A DNA stretch of 61,722 bases, the filler included, from Dugesia japonica (lineage: Eukaryota): assembly GCA_001938525.1 (NCBI GenBank). It is 5 parts of 5 records of this genome, joined end to end, with 100 filler letters (N's around TTAATTAATTAA, not from the genome) between each part and the next. Parts side by side here need not be neighbours in the genome. Positions count along the whole stretch, not along the records: positions 10,425 to 25,372 come from MQRL01596441.1; positions 25,473 to 34,931 come from MQRL01400521.1; 3 more parts are not named here. One strand, 5' to 3'. The notes beneath the pieces are model-generated. The model was not told the DNA's origin, did no database searches, and saw only the letters and a list, made by a program, of their open reading frames with translations. A program made the translations under genes and the position numbers. Of the stretch, positions 12,530 through 25,832 are shown piece after piece (within the stretch, counting starts at the first letter, position 1; every line of letters begins with the position of its first letter).

Positions 12530-13265
12530 TATTTCTACTGTTACGACATCCTTTTTTAGGACAGTTTAGTACTTGATGGCCAGTTTTTCGGCAGTAATAA
12601 TATTGTAACGTTGGGTTCTTACATTCTTCCTTTAGATGTCCCTTTCTTCCATTTTTTCCCCATTTTTTCTTTATCTAACGACAGTCATTTTCTTGATGTC
12701 CTTTTTGCCGACATTTATTACATTGTCTTGGTAGTACAACTAGTTGTCGCGTTGCTGGTTCATATTCTCGATGCATTTTGATGGCTTCTTCTAAAGTTTA
12801 GGGTTTTTATTCTTTATGAATGGTTGTATTTGTTTATCCCAAATCCCTTTATATAGGGATTGATACATGCACTATCTTTTTCGGGAGACCAATGTTCCGT
12901 CGGAAGGAGTTGTCTAAACCTGATGGCATAAAGGGTCGAGTTTTCTCCTGCTTGTTGTTTACAGTATAATATTTCTTTCAATGCTTCTTGGAATTCTTTT
13001 GGAATTTTGAAATTTTTCCTTAGTAATTGTTCTATCTCATTCCATGATTTGAACGATTCTCCTGTAGCCCGAATGTGCTGTCTATATAGCATCTTTGCGA
13101 TTCCTTCTAGATGAAGTGGTATCATAAGAGTCTTATCTTCCTCTTCCCATTTGAATGCTTTTGATAGCTTAAAAGGAATTCGTTTATTTCCTCCGAATTT
13201 CCTCTGAATGCCTCGCCGTGATAGCGCTTTACTGGTTTTCTTCTTATATAATGTTCGTTGTTCAT
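12530..13265 (-). pseudogene. Gag module 1: retrotransposon capsid plus three CCHC knuckles (stops and frameshifts)
   Basis: IPLHLEGIAKMLY...SWNEIEQLLRKNF...CKQQAGENSTLYAIRF; CNKCRQKGHQENDC, (x)GRKGHLKEEC, YYCRKTGHQVLNC. Confidence 0.82.
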
Positions 13266-15249
13266 AATTGTTTTCTAAGTTACAAATGATTATAAACTAA
13301 TTACTTGGATAATGCTAAGAATGCTACAACGATTTCCGACTGGATTGTGCTTGCTCCATTGAAGACTTTGAATCTAAACACATTTTAATTTACCCACACT
13401 GCCCAATTTGATTTTACCCTTAGTGTTTATTTTATACCCCCTTATCGTAAGGTCTAGCTAAAAGCTTATATTTTTAATGGTACTTGTTGAAATCACGTCT
13501 GCTTACTCTCCATCTCCGGTTTGTTTTAAATTCGACGTCCTCGTCGAACTCTTTATTAGTTAACTCGGATAGGGCTGTTCATTATCACAGTACTCCTAGG
13601 TTACGTGTATTTCCTATTGGCATCTCCCACTAAAAGGTAAATTCTAATTATTTGTTAATATAACCAGTTTCCCTTATTGCTTGAGTTAACATTTTAGCGT
13701 TTTATTCGCTTATTTTTTTTTGTCCAACCCCAGACTTCCAATTATTTCAGTCATTATCTTTTTGACATCGTTAACATATTTATTTAATAGTTGAGTCATA
13801 GTCCCATTATGTAATTACTATATCATGGTCGTGTTAAATTAAAATTCCTCTAGATAAAATCCAATAAATAACTGAGTCTTGATTGTTTTCCATTAAAATC
13901 TCTTTATTAATTACCATCGTATTTCACCAGGGCCCTCCTTTTAATATTTAAGTCATAATTTGATTAAAATCCATTTCTTTAGAATCGGTTTATTATTTAA
14001 AGTTAATCCTCCTTACTATCATACTCATCAAAGTTCTTTTAATAACTATTTCAATTCTAGCAAACTTCCGAATTTATCTAAAGTGGATTACTATTTACAC
14101 TGTAATCATAAATTAATCATGTTAATGGCTATAATCATGTAAAATCTTTTCAAGGTTTGGGTTATCATCATCTTTGTTTCATCTATCGATCTTATTTTAA
14201 TCATATTTTCCCTAATAACCATTATAATTTATTTAATCGTAATCACTTATGTAAAATCTGTTTAATATTCGTTTTCACATTACATCCAGTTAAAGTATCG
14301 TAATTAACAAAATCCGTCAATATCTAAATCAACATTCAATTCACTATTATATCTTTCTCGCCAAAGTCTCTTTAATCATAATTATGCTCCCTTAAATTGT
14401 GTTGTCTTGTCTGTTCATTTCAACTAGGTTTCTTTTTAATCTTCCTTTATTTTTCATTTTAATTTCCTTAATTAAGTCTTCCTTTATTCTTTCTTTTAAT
14501 TTCCTTAATTAAGTCTTCCTCTATTTCGAAATTACCTATGAAAAATCCTTTTAAACATTTGTATCATAATTTTAGTATGTCATGNNNNNNNNNNNNNNNN
14601 NNNNNNNNNNNNNNNNNNNNNNNNNNNNNNNNNNCTTCCTCTATTTCGAAATTACCTATGAAAAATCCTTTTAAACATTTGTATCATAATTTTAGTATGT
14701 CATGAGTTGTGATCATTATATATATACCTAATCTTTTAATAACAAGGATGCACCAATGAACCATTTCTTTCGAAATCTTTACTAATTTGGCTTTTGCCCT
14801 GCTCTACCGTAAGCGCAATTTAGATAGTTATTACCTTTATGACGTAGTCAATATACCAGCAGTCTCAATCGGGACGGGTCGACGTTTCTTGATCAGATCT
14901 CGACCTATCTGTCCGGCACGTGATTTGTTCAGTGGACGTTCAGATTATCTTTGCAGATCATGAGTAGTCGAGCTACCTGATGTTTCATACAGGTGATCAT
15001 CCATTCCCTGTCGCTCCCTCTTTTTTGTAAGAATCATAAATACTTGGTTGGCTCTTTGTTGCGGACAACAAAGCTGATCGTAACTTTGAAGTCTGGTTGA
15101 TCAGACCAATTTCACAACCTCCAATTCAATATGTATGATTACTGGGATCCCTTATCGCAGAAGGACTTATTACGCTACCAGTGTTCAACATAATAGAGTA
15201 CCCTTTCTAAGTGCAGGCAAACTTTTTATCGTGGCATGCCTAACTGCTC

Positions 15250-15561
15250 TTCCATATTCAGTTTACTTTTTTGATTACACGTGAAGTACCCAGAATAAAT
15301 ATTTCCTTTGATTGTTAACTGTATCACCTTTGTTTAAACATTATTACAAATCAAATTTCTTAATTTTCATAATCTCTTACTAAACTACTTACTTTCTTAG
15401 TCTCCTAATTCTATTTCTTAACTTCTTGCCAGGCTGCTAACAATTTTAAAAGTGGGAGTACCCATTTTGCTGTAATTACATTACATTTAATGGGTGTAAC
15501 GCCACATACATTGGAGAGACTTCCCGTCATCTCTGCACCAGAGTTCAAGAGCATTGTCGAA
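15250..15561 (-). pseudogene. Second, highly degenerate retropepsin-like fragment
   Basis: TMLLNSGAEMT (cf. LLDSGA) ... NVITA ... IFILGT; frames disrupted. Confidence 0.4.
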
Positions 15562-16499
15562 NNNNNNNNNNNNNNNNNNNNNNNNNNNNNNNNNNNNNNN
15601 NNNNNNNNNNNNNNNNNNNNNNNNNNNNNNNNNNNNNNNNNNNNNNNNNNNNNNNNNNNNNNNNNNNNNNNNNNNNNNNNNNNNNNNNNNNNNNNNNNNN
15701 NNNNNNNNNNNNNNNNNNNNNNNNNGACGGATTCAACATCGCTCTTAAAATTATTTTATTGAAATTTTTTATTGAGATTGCACAATTGAAATTATATAAA
15801 CATGTATACTGATATGTTTATATTCATTTGTGCATTTTACGTGTACTAATTATTCGGATATGAAATTCTATTTTACGTTTATTTAATAATTTATTTTTTC
15901 TATTTGCATTACTTAATTTGATTCCATTATTTTATTTTATTACAAATATTTAGCCATTACAAAAGTAAAGATTCTATATATCTTTGTTGGCGGAATTTTT
16001 AGTCTAAAGGATGCATTTTGAATTGAAAATTGTGGATCCTCTTTAAATGCCTCTTGAACAGCTCACTTCAGAAATTCTTGAATGTCAGAAATTTCCTTAT
16101 CAAAGACAGATCTAGTCCTAATAAAACTTTTACTAATTCAAAAATAGCCTTGACGATGGGACCTGTTTTATAATACTTTCTCTCAAACTTTTCACAGTTT
16201 TTAATGTTTTTCGTGGATTTTATATTGTTTATCCTTACAAAAAATCCGTTCTTCAGATTCATCATCACTAACATGAGCCTAAAAGAAAAATAAAATTAAT
16301 GACATGTACAACACTGCCTGAGAAAGAAATAAAAAAAATTAAAATCTCTAATTTATTGATTTCAATTAAATCATTGTTTAACAGAATGTGTGGTTTGTGA
16401 AAAAGTTGATCTCTTTAAGGTTTGGAGACATCGAAGGTTGCCATTTAAAACATTACAATTAAATATGTTCATATATTAAAGGTATGTATCGTATTTACT

Positions 16500-16705
16500 C
16501 TTATTTCCTAAAATAGATAGTCAATTTAGAAACATCATGTATAAATATTTAATGACAAAAACCTTGCTTAGAAAAGGAATTAGGAAAAACCAAGACAATT
16601 TCATTAGCATATAATTTTTTGGCATTACTGGGCTATGAAAAATTTACAAAATTTGGTTTATTGGCTAAGAATTTTTTATGTATTCCTGCTACATCAGTTT
16701 GGTTG
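16500..16705 (+). pseudogene. hAT transposase dimerisation-domain relic
   Basis: EKFTKFGLLAKNFLCIPATSV matches the hAT C-terminal motif FPxLxxLAxxxLxIPATS. Confidence 0.7.
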
Positions 16706-16849
16706 ATCATTTTGTAAATATGTCACGTTGATTGTTAAAAACCAAATACGGTTATACTATTTAAGAAAAGGTTTTAAAAATTTCCTATTTTATAGATGTT
16801 TATTTTTATATTTAACATTTGACAGTATTTCCTATTTTTGAAAAATAAA

Positions 16850-17510
16850 GTTAATGATCTGAAAGTGATCCTGCACTTTTTGATGAAAACCTTTTCAAAT
16901 AGTTCATCGACCATCGTTATTTTCTCTTTTCCGACTCGTTCAACTAGTTTCATGTTCTCTCACAAGAGTCTGATTATGTACGGTTGGTTCATGTCAAATA
17001 TTTATGAGTTCAGATGAGAGGAGCATTTCTGCAAATGTAAATCATTATATTTAAAATTTTATTACAAACCTAATAAGGTAGTCTCAATTCATCAAACAGA
17101 TGTAATATAAAACTCTTACAACAAAACAAAACATCGTGTGTACACTTGATTTGTACGATCATTAAAATCGCAAAAATTGACTATTTTTCTTGCTTAGAAG
17201 TCTCTGCATTGTTAAAATTGCTAAATCTGGCGTCGCTTTATAAAGATTGAATTTTCTTCATGCCGTTTAATATCAACCGTTTGATATTAACTTTCCGGAA
17301 AGAGTTAAAATAATTAATTTTCTTATATTATGGCACACAGTCTATCTACATTCCAATTTTGCTGTTAGCTATTTTGTTGATTGCAAGAAATTCAAAACAC
17401 TAGCATTACTATTAAGACAATAATGCTATGCCAACAGAATGTACGTGATATTTAGTATGCTGAGCATAATTCTTCGATGAATTCATCTCTATAATTAAAA
17501 CAGTATTTCT
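16850..17510 (-). pseudogene. Possible Buster/Charlie-like hAT transposase relic
   Basis: Fragments such as FNYRDEFIEELC and SSELINI weakly recall ZBED5/Buster; heavily decayed. Confidence 0.3.
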
Positions 17511-18422
17511 TATTTACACTATTATTGATAAAAAATTTGTACATCCTATAGCAAAAATAAAACTATTTTTTTTATTTTATATTTTATTTTTAAAATTTAT
17601 GATTTTATAATAAATTGTATGACCAATTCAACGGAAAAACATTTATATAGGAAAAATTCTCAAGTACCTTAATACATCACATAAAATTTTTAGTGAAAGG
17701 TTTATATCGAAAAGAAAAATAAGTTGCTAATTTCGAAAACTTAGTTTATGAAAACTTAATGCATTTCATTCTTGTAGTTTATATTTGTTTGTTAAATCAA
17801 ATTGGAACAAGTTATATTTATCCGGCCGTTTGTTTGATTTTATCCGACCCTAAATAATTTGAAAACTTAAAAATTAAGCCTTAAAAACTTAGAGTATTAA
17901 TGTTACTTTAAATTTAATTTTATTTTAACTAAATACACTCATATTTGAAATGATTTAAATTATTTTATCCCTCTCTACAATTTTATACGCTTCTAATAAT
18001 ATTTCTTGAAACAATTCGAAAATTTCTCTTTTATGTTTTTAAATTCGAATTATAAGTCAAACCTACTATTTGATGTGATATATATTTTCCAGCCCGTGGT
18101 CACGACTTAGTGGCATATACCTGATAAAGAATGTAAAAATTGATATATCTAATGATTTTAAAATAAAATTAAGTAATTTTCGTTAAGAGTTATTCGTAAG
18201 TATATCTCAATATAAATAAAAATTAAAAAGAAACCTCAATTACAATTTTGAAACAATATTTTGAGTAAATTCAATTTTGTATTATTGAATCAATTTATTA
18301 TTTTCCTAAAATAATTGTTTTCGTGAAAATTTTATTTATTTTCTTCATTTTATGTTTATTGCGTTGTTTAAATCTTTGATTTATATTAGTTATCATAGAA
18401 ACTGAAAAATTTGAAAATTTAA

Positions 18423-18983
18423 ATGGCAACAGAAAAGAAAAAAGACGAAGAAGTAGGATATAATTACACAGCACAAGATCAGATATGGTAATATATAACA
18501 GTTTTAGTAATATAATAAAGATATTAATGATAATAATAATATTAACAACAATAATAATAATAATAAATCAATTTATTTTAGGAAAGATCATTGCACTCAA
18601 GAAATGAAAAAAGCCGAAATTTGGGAGCATAATTGGAGTTTTTTGAAGCAGCCTTATAAAGAGGTACTAAACTTTGTATTTTTTATCTATGTATCTATAA
18701 ACATAAATTTTATTAGATTATCAAAGATGATATGGATAATTTGGTGGACAAAAACCGACCTAAAGCAGAATTACCTATGCATATGCGGGTTCAACCAGCG
18801 ACCCCGAAGAGTAAATACATTTCAGTCAAACCGTCACATACATCATATCCGAAAACTACAAGTGGAGAAGTTGGATGGCGATCTGCTCATAAAGATTTAC
18901 AATTGGAAACGTTTGGAAAATCGAGATTTGCTAAGGGTAGTATTTTGAAACAATTAAATTGGCCAGCTGAAGCTATTGGATAA
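18423..18983 (+). CDS. CIMIP1: Ciliary microtubule inner protein 1 (C20orf85/LLC1 family), 137 aa, 3 exons: 18423-18487, 18582-18663, 18717-18983
   Basis: Spliced product MATEKK...AQDQIWKDHCTQEMKKAEIWEHNWSFL...ELPMHMRVQPATPKSKYI...PKTTSGEVGWRS...KGSILKQLNWP aligns by eye with C20orf85 motifs QDEIWK, NWGFL, PQTTQGFIGWRS, LCWP; GT-AG introns; AATAAA downstream. Confidence 0.92.
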
Positions 18984-19344
18984 ATGATATGAATATATAT
19001 TTCTTATGTCTAATTGCCATTAATCAATAAATTTCAGTTTTATTTCATTTTTTCATGAAATTGATCAATTTGTCATGATGCAGCAAATTCTTTTTTGATT
19101 GGATAATATCATAATACACGTCTAGCCATCAATTTAATTTAATATTTATCATTATTTAATATTGGATATTATCAGAATTAAATATTTGGAAATTTCATTA
19201 AAATAAACTCTTGATTTACTCTTATTAATTTATTTTATTATTTTCCGGCCCAATACAATCAATATTTCAAACGAGAAGAAATAATCATAGAAAATTATAT
19301 AAATAATTAAAATAAGTTAAGAATAACTAAAACTCTATATTTAA

Positions 19345-20554
19345 TGTTGTTAGGGACCTGGTTGACTCATCCATTATTAATAACGATTTCCCTTTCTTCA
19401 ATCATTTATTAAAATAAAAACTACAATCGATAGTAGGTTACAATAATAATTTAACAACAAAAATACACTTAAAACAATACAAAATCTCAAGTTTGAAACT
19501 GTATAAAAAGGACCATACTAACTTATGAAGTTTCCAATAAATAAAATGAACTGACACTGAATTAATTCCAACGAAATATCAAAATCATATTTAATCAATA
19601 TTTAAACAAACGAATTTTACAGAAAAAATTAACATTTAATTTAAAATAAATTTCCTAAAATTCAATTAAACATGAAAACTTAAACTATTCTAAAATAGTG
19701 TATCTTACACCCTATCTTTAATAATAGTTTAAATTTTTCAAGATTATGTTTGATTCTTCTGCCATCTTGGTTTACAAACACTCGTGGGTTTTGTCTACCT
19801 TTCTCTACTGATCTTCATATTTATCCATCCCTTTGTCGATAATAGGTTATTATTTCCCTATAGCTTCAATTTTCCATTCGTTTCATTTCATATCCCTTGT
19901 TTACTGCTCGATCTCGCTCAAAATTTTGATTTTTTATTTTTCTTTCCCTAACAACCTTAGAAAAGCACATAATATTCTTTGAATTCCTTCTGTCTTTTAC
20001 CTTTTCCAACAACCACAGTGTCTCCTTAATATCTTTTACTTTATCGACTTTGCAAAGTAGTATTTCTTTATCAACTCTATTGTTTTCGGAAAATATATCA
20101 ATAACTTGACCGACAGTTTCTCTCTGGTAGAGTCCTAATCTGAAAATAAATTGTTTACGAATTATTTGACTGTCGACATATAAATATCAATATCTTCATT
20201 TTCTAATTTCATGCATGATATCTCGTTCCTAGTCGAATGCTGCTCTTAACTGTTACTGAAACCCTTCTACCTTTTTTAAAGTTATAATATATTTCTCCAG
20301 CAAATCTTCATCAGTAAAACAAGTGACGAACCGCTCCTATTCTTTCTTATTTGTTATCTCTTTGACTTCGGAATAGAGTTCACATTTTTTATGAGCTTAT
20401 CCAAATTTTCATTGTTCCCATAACCTTCTGGTAACATTTTAATATTTAAACAAACGAATTTTACACAAAAAATTTGACACTTAATTTAAAATCAAGTTCT
20501 TAACATTCAATTAAACATGAAAACTTAAACTATTCAAAAATAGTGTATCTCACA
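19345..20554 (-). mobile_element. Short non-autonomous LTR retroelement (gypsy-like, decayed gag only)
   Basis: ~113-bp direct repeats 19597-19709 and 20441-20554 starting TGT on the minus strand; purine tract AAAGATAGGG before the left (3') LTR; internal gag-like remnants (ELYSEVKEIT). Confidence 0.65.
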
Positions 20555-20657
20555 AACACGATTACTCATTTTTTAATATATAGTAGTATAAATATCAATA
20601 AATAATTTTAAAAATAAATGGCAATTCTTCCATAAAAAATAACACCATTTAAACATA

Positions 20658-21990
20658 AACTCCATCCCATAAAAAGTGAATTTTTAAAAAAATTAAAACA
20701 CAAATTAAAAGAAAATTTTTATTTTTCAAATACATTGAAATACGAGATAAAATATTAATATTAATAATTTATGAGTAATATTGACAGCTATTCATCTTGA
20801 TGCAATAATCTGGTTAACAAAGCAAGATTTTTTCTCTAAGAGAGAAGTTATTTTTTGTTCCTTAGTAGACCACAATACATCTAGGTCACTGCACATAAAT
20901 TTCTGGCATCACTTATTCAAGGAATGAAATAATCTAAGATCCTTGATGTTTAAATTAATAGATTGGGCGGGCTGGTTCATAACAGTGACTGTTGAATTTC
21001 GACTGTCATCAAAATCATATAATTTTTGGACTTTGCTTTTACCAAAATGTGGACGAGTAATATCCATTTGTATAAAAATATTTTTGCACTAATACATCTT
21101 GCTGCAGACTGCAGGCATGATTTCATTATGCATCAATTCATAAAAAGAGTCAGAAGTGATTGTGTGATCAACTTTGTACACCTCACATTTTTTGTCATTT
21201 TTCGACGATCCCTGGGCGTCGTAGTCTGACTGAGTTCTTCAAATGCCAACGAGACCGTTAAAATTCTTTTCAGAGTTCGGTTTCGCAACAGCAGTTAGTA
21301 TCATTATTTTAGGTATATTGGCCTTGTTTAATACAGGAATTTTCTTTCTGGGACTCTTGTCATGATATCTTTCGCGAGTGATTGAATGTAGCATGAACCA
21401 TTTTTTATATATGCCCATACACGTGCCCCATGTGTAATAGCGGTGTTCTCAGAATCATTTAAACCTTTTATCCTATTGATCATCGGTTATGACAGGGCAC
21501 ATTTTCCAATGGACAAGTCTGAATTGTTCATCTACAACATTTCTTTGCACGCTGCTCTTTGGGATTTCAGTAGCTTTAGAAATATCGGAGATGCAACAAT
21601 TACGGTGCTTACGAATAAAATTCAACACTGCTGCCAGTCTCTCTTCATAACTTTTAACATAAGGTTTTCCAGAACCCTGCTTTCTATTAATGCATCAGTT
21701 CGCAAAACATGTCCTGCAACTTTCTAGATACTTTTTGTTTACTTCGAAAGCTTGATAAAATTCTTTGACAGAACAGTATTCGGGTTCCACCTTTCCCATT
21801 TTGACCAACAATCTTTCATAATGTAATTGAAGCAATAATTTTTGGTTTTTCGAAAGATTTGCGATTTTAAAATTCAAAATTTTTCAAAAAGAAAAAATAG
21901 TTAATTAAAACAAATTTCAATTAGAAATAAAACAATTTATCCAAATTAAAATTAAATTTATTACATCCACTTTTTTTATGAAACGGAATA
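20658..21990 (-). mobile_element. Decayed Tc1/mariner transposon of the plant/oomycete-type (DD39D-like) group
   Basis: TIRs CTCCATCCCATAAAAAGTG and reverse complement TTCCGTTTCATAAAAAAAGTG; transposase remnants KKWF, IPKIMILTAVAKP, FNGLVGI, IFIQMD, QPAQSINLNIKDLRLFHSL. Confidence 0.75.
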
Positions 21991-22730
21991 ATAATTTATT
22001 GTGAAATATTCCGAATAATCAACTGTCATCACCATAAAATATTTTATGATTTAGTATATATTATTTAAACAAATATTTAAACAATTAAATTTAATATAAA
22101 ATGGCAATTTAATGATAAGATTTATTTAAAAAAAAATTTCTAAATTTTTCAAAGTCTATTATTTTCCAATGTTTTATAATTTTCTATATCAATTTACTGC
22201 AGAGATAGAAAGAAATTGATTTTAACATTTTTTAAATATTTGAAATGAAAGAGAAGCAACATATTGTGAAACTGAAACCTATAGAAAGAAAATTGATACT
22301 GGTTTTAATCTGAGGGTGTTATAGAATTCAAGTATTCAATTCTAAAAGCTGCTAAAGACATTTCAACTTTAAAAATTTTATCTATCTCACATAATGCGAA
22401 ATAAGTAATTGTGACAAAAAGTTTGTATTGGTTTACAATTCTTTAGATGCAGACAAAGATGTGGACCAAAGAGAATTTCGATGGTACATCAATTTTGGAA
22501 ATGAATAAAACACTCAGTAAAGTGAAATCCGCTCATTTGAGATTATAATTAATAATGAAATTGTTAATAAGTACTTAAATAGCCGTAATTCTAGAATATG
22601 TATAATGTCTTAAATATATAGCTTTCCGAGTATTTGATGACTTTGCTTCAACGAAGTCATCTATATTAAAGTTTAAATACTTTCTACCTATAAATAATGA
22701 TTCTAATTGATTGTTCTTGGAAATTAACTA

Positions 22731-25073
22731 CACCCATACCTCGCTATACGGGCGCTCTTTATACGGCATTTCGCTATAACGGCCCTCTTAAATTAAGGTA
22801 CGTTTTCGATTTACGTCCTAAAATCTTTCGCTATAATGGCAAAAAAAACTTTTTTTCGATGTCGATATATCTACATGTTGCCAATCTTGCGCAAGCACAA
22901 TCTCGATGCACACTCTTTTTTATTTCCTCTTGTTTACGAGCGTTATTCAGTGTGTGCTCATAAAGCGGCTGCTTTAAACTTGTCTGTGAGTGTTTTATGT
23001 ACATATTTATTACTGATTGTTACACATTAACACATTTTTGGTACGTAAGTACATATGTTTGTATGTACAGATTAAAAATTTTTAAAATGTATTTTTTTAT
23101 TAAACTTATTTTATAATTTCATTATTTTTTAAATAAAATGCCACCGAAACGATTATCGACTTCAGAGACTGATAAAAAGAGATGTCGAAAATCAGTCACG
23201 CTAGGAACTAAACTAGAAGTATTACGTCGTATAGAAGCTGGAGAGAAAATTATAGAAATTTGCAAGACAATGGGACTTGCGAAATCTACCATTCAAACTA
23301 TTCGTGATAAAAAAAGAAGACAGTAAAACATATGTGCAATCTGCTGCACCTTTAAATGTCTCGAGATTAACACGCCAAAGAAACTGGATTATGGAAAAAA
23401 TGGAAAAACTATTGATTATATGGATTGAGGACAATAACAAACGGAGAATGCCAATGAGTCATATGACTATCCAGCATTAAGTATTTTCGAAAATTTGAAG
23501 AATGGAGATACCGATGAATCTGCTGAAGATGTCATATTCCAAGCAAGCCGAGGATGGCTTGAAAAATTGAAAAATAGAATATTTTGCATAATTTGAAAAT
23601 GAAAGGTGAAGAAGCTAGCGCCGATGAGGCCGCATCTAAGGAATATCCAAACATTTTAAAGGGACTTATTGAAATAGGTGGTTATAAACCTGAACAAGTG
23701 TTTAATTTAGAAAAACAGGGCTTTATTGGAAGCGAATGCCTGATCGCAGGTACATTTCAAAAACCGAAAAATCTGCCCCTGGTTATAAAGAACGATTAAC
23801 TTTGATACTTGGTGCAAATGCGGCGGGTGATTTTACGCTTAAACCACTTTTAATATATTTGTCCAAAAATACAAGGCCTCTTAAAGGACTAAATAAAAAT
23901 CAATTACCCGTCATATGGAGATCCAACAAGAAAGCTTGGATGACTAAAGCTACTTTTGAGGATTGGTTCAAAAATCACTTTTGTACAGAAGTGAAAAAAT
24001 ATTTGCGAGACAATAACTTAGGCAACAAGGTTTTGCTAATTTTGAATAATGCACCAGGGCATCCTACTAATTTATCCAAACTATCTGAAGATGTCATGAT
24101 TAAGTACCTTCCGAAAAATACATCAGCTCTAATTTAACCAATGGATCAGGGTGTATATTACCTATTAAGGCATATTACCTACGCCGAACTTTCCGACAAC
24201 TTATAAGGGAAATCGATGATAAATCTTCAATTAAAACATTTTGAAAAAACTATAACATCAAAGATGCTGTTGACAGCATCAGTGAATCATGGAAGGAATT
24301 AAAATTAACAACAATGGACCATGTTTGGAAAGAAATATGGCCAGAATGCGTAAAATGTACTGATGCAGATGTTAATTTCCTTCCTGAAATTAAGCAAAAC
24401 ATTTTGAATCTAGCACATGATCTCGGCTTTGAAGGTTTGAACGAACGTGATGTGCTTGATTTACTTGAAGCTGATAGGGAACCCTTTTCATATGAGGAAC
24501 TCATTCAGTTGCAAGCAGAACCGACATTTGACAAAGAGACAGAGCTACTTGTATCCAAACAGCTAACATCAAAAAATTTGTCAAAAGCTTTTTACTATTT
24601 CAAACAAGGAATAAACATCCTCCTTGAAAACGATCCTGACGTCGAATGTAGCGTTAAAGTTTCTAGAGGAATTAAATCAGCCGTTAGCTGTTATAAATCA
24701 CTGAAGAAATAAGAAGGCAAGTCAAACAACGTTGGACAATTTTTTTAAGTCAGTCCCATCCTTACCAGCGAAGAATGATGACGACAGTGATCTACAGGTT
24801 ACTATTTCTTCATCGTCTTCAGATTAAAGCCATTTAAAAAAGAATTATGTCTATTATTATTTTATGTACAAATGTATGTACTAGTTATCTATGTATTTTT
24901 GATTTAAATGAAATAAAAAGATAAAATGCATTTTGAATGATAAACCATGTTACATATTTAACAAATTTGGAACCGATCCCATCGAATTTGTGTAAATTTG
25001 TATTAGAATAATTGATTCCTTATACGGTTTTTGGTCGTGGAACGTATCTAGGCCGTAAAGCGAGGTATGGGTG
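22731..25073 (+). mobile_element. Full-length pogo/Tigger DNA transposon
   Basis: 21-bp TIRs CACCCATACCTCGCTATACGG / CCGTAAAGCGAGGTATGGGTG (1 mismatch), TA TSD on both sides. Confidence 0.95.
23138..24827 (+). pseudogene. Tigger/CENP-B-like transposase, frameshifted
   Basis: [23 protein letters not shown]; FQASRGW; KERLTLILGANAAGDFTLKPLLIY; WRSNKKAWMT; LILNNAPGHP (catalytic D replaced by N); LI*PMDQG; several stops and frameshifts. Confidence 0.93.
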
Positions 25074-25372
25074 TACTTATAAAAATGTATACCATATAGA
25101 CTATGTATTCGTTAAAAAAGAGGCAGTGTTTTGGTTTCTTTTTATCATGTTTTTTCATCTGAGAAGTAACGAGATTATTATAAATACTGAAATGCTTGGT
25201 GTATGCTATCTACATTAGAAAAACATATGAATAGAATAATATCTGTGAAGAATATTAATTTATTAGATTGAATTTCAATAGAGAAATTTAATAAACCCTA
25301 AATCTGGCCTAAGACGATAGTAGATAGATAGTAGCGGAAATAGCCAGCACACATTCAGCGAACCCCCCCCCC

Positions 25373-25472
25373 NNNNNNNNNNNNNNNNNNNNNNNNNNNN
25401 NNNNNNNNNNNNNNNNTTAATTAATTAANNNNNNNNNNNNNNNNNNNNNNNNNNNNNNNNNNNNNNNNNNNN
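25373..25472. other. Artificial scaffold-concatenation linker
   Basis: N44-TTAATTAATTAA-N44. Confidence 0.97.
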
Positions 25473-25832
25473 GTTGTATTCAGAATGCGGTTCGATCAAG
25501 CTATTTTGATTGAAATTTTTCTTTTGAATACACATTTATTTCAAAGCATGAGCAATTGAGTCTTTGAAGAACGGGAAGCTCAAGCAATAAGCCAGGATAA
25601 CTTATCCTTCGATTTTATCCTTGAAGATGACGAAAGGGCCTTGTATTGAATAAATATTTTAATATATTTCTTTTTATTTTATTGATAATTTTTTTAATAA
25701 TGATTTAATATATAATAATATTCGCAATAGACTAAATAATTTGTCTCAAAAATTTTAAATTAAGTTTCAGGCGCGAAATAAATTATTTTAATTATTAAAG
25801 TAATTTTTAAAAAATGTGGTTTTAGAATTCAG

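Noticed and set aside
14515-14704. 70-bp exact direct repeat
   Set aside because: Identical copies flank an N gap, typical of an unmerged contig overlap.
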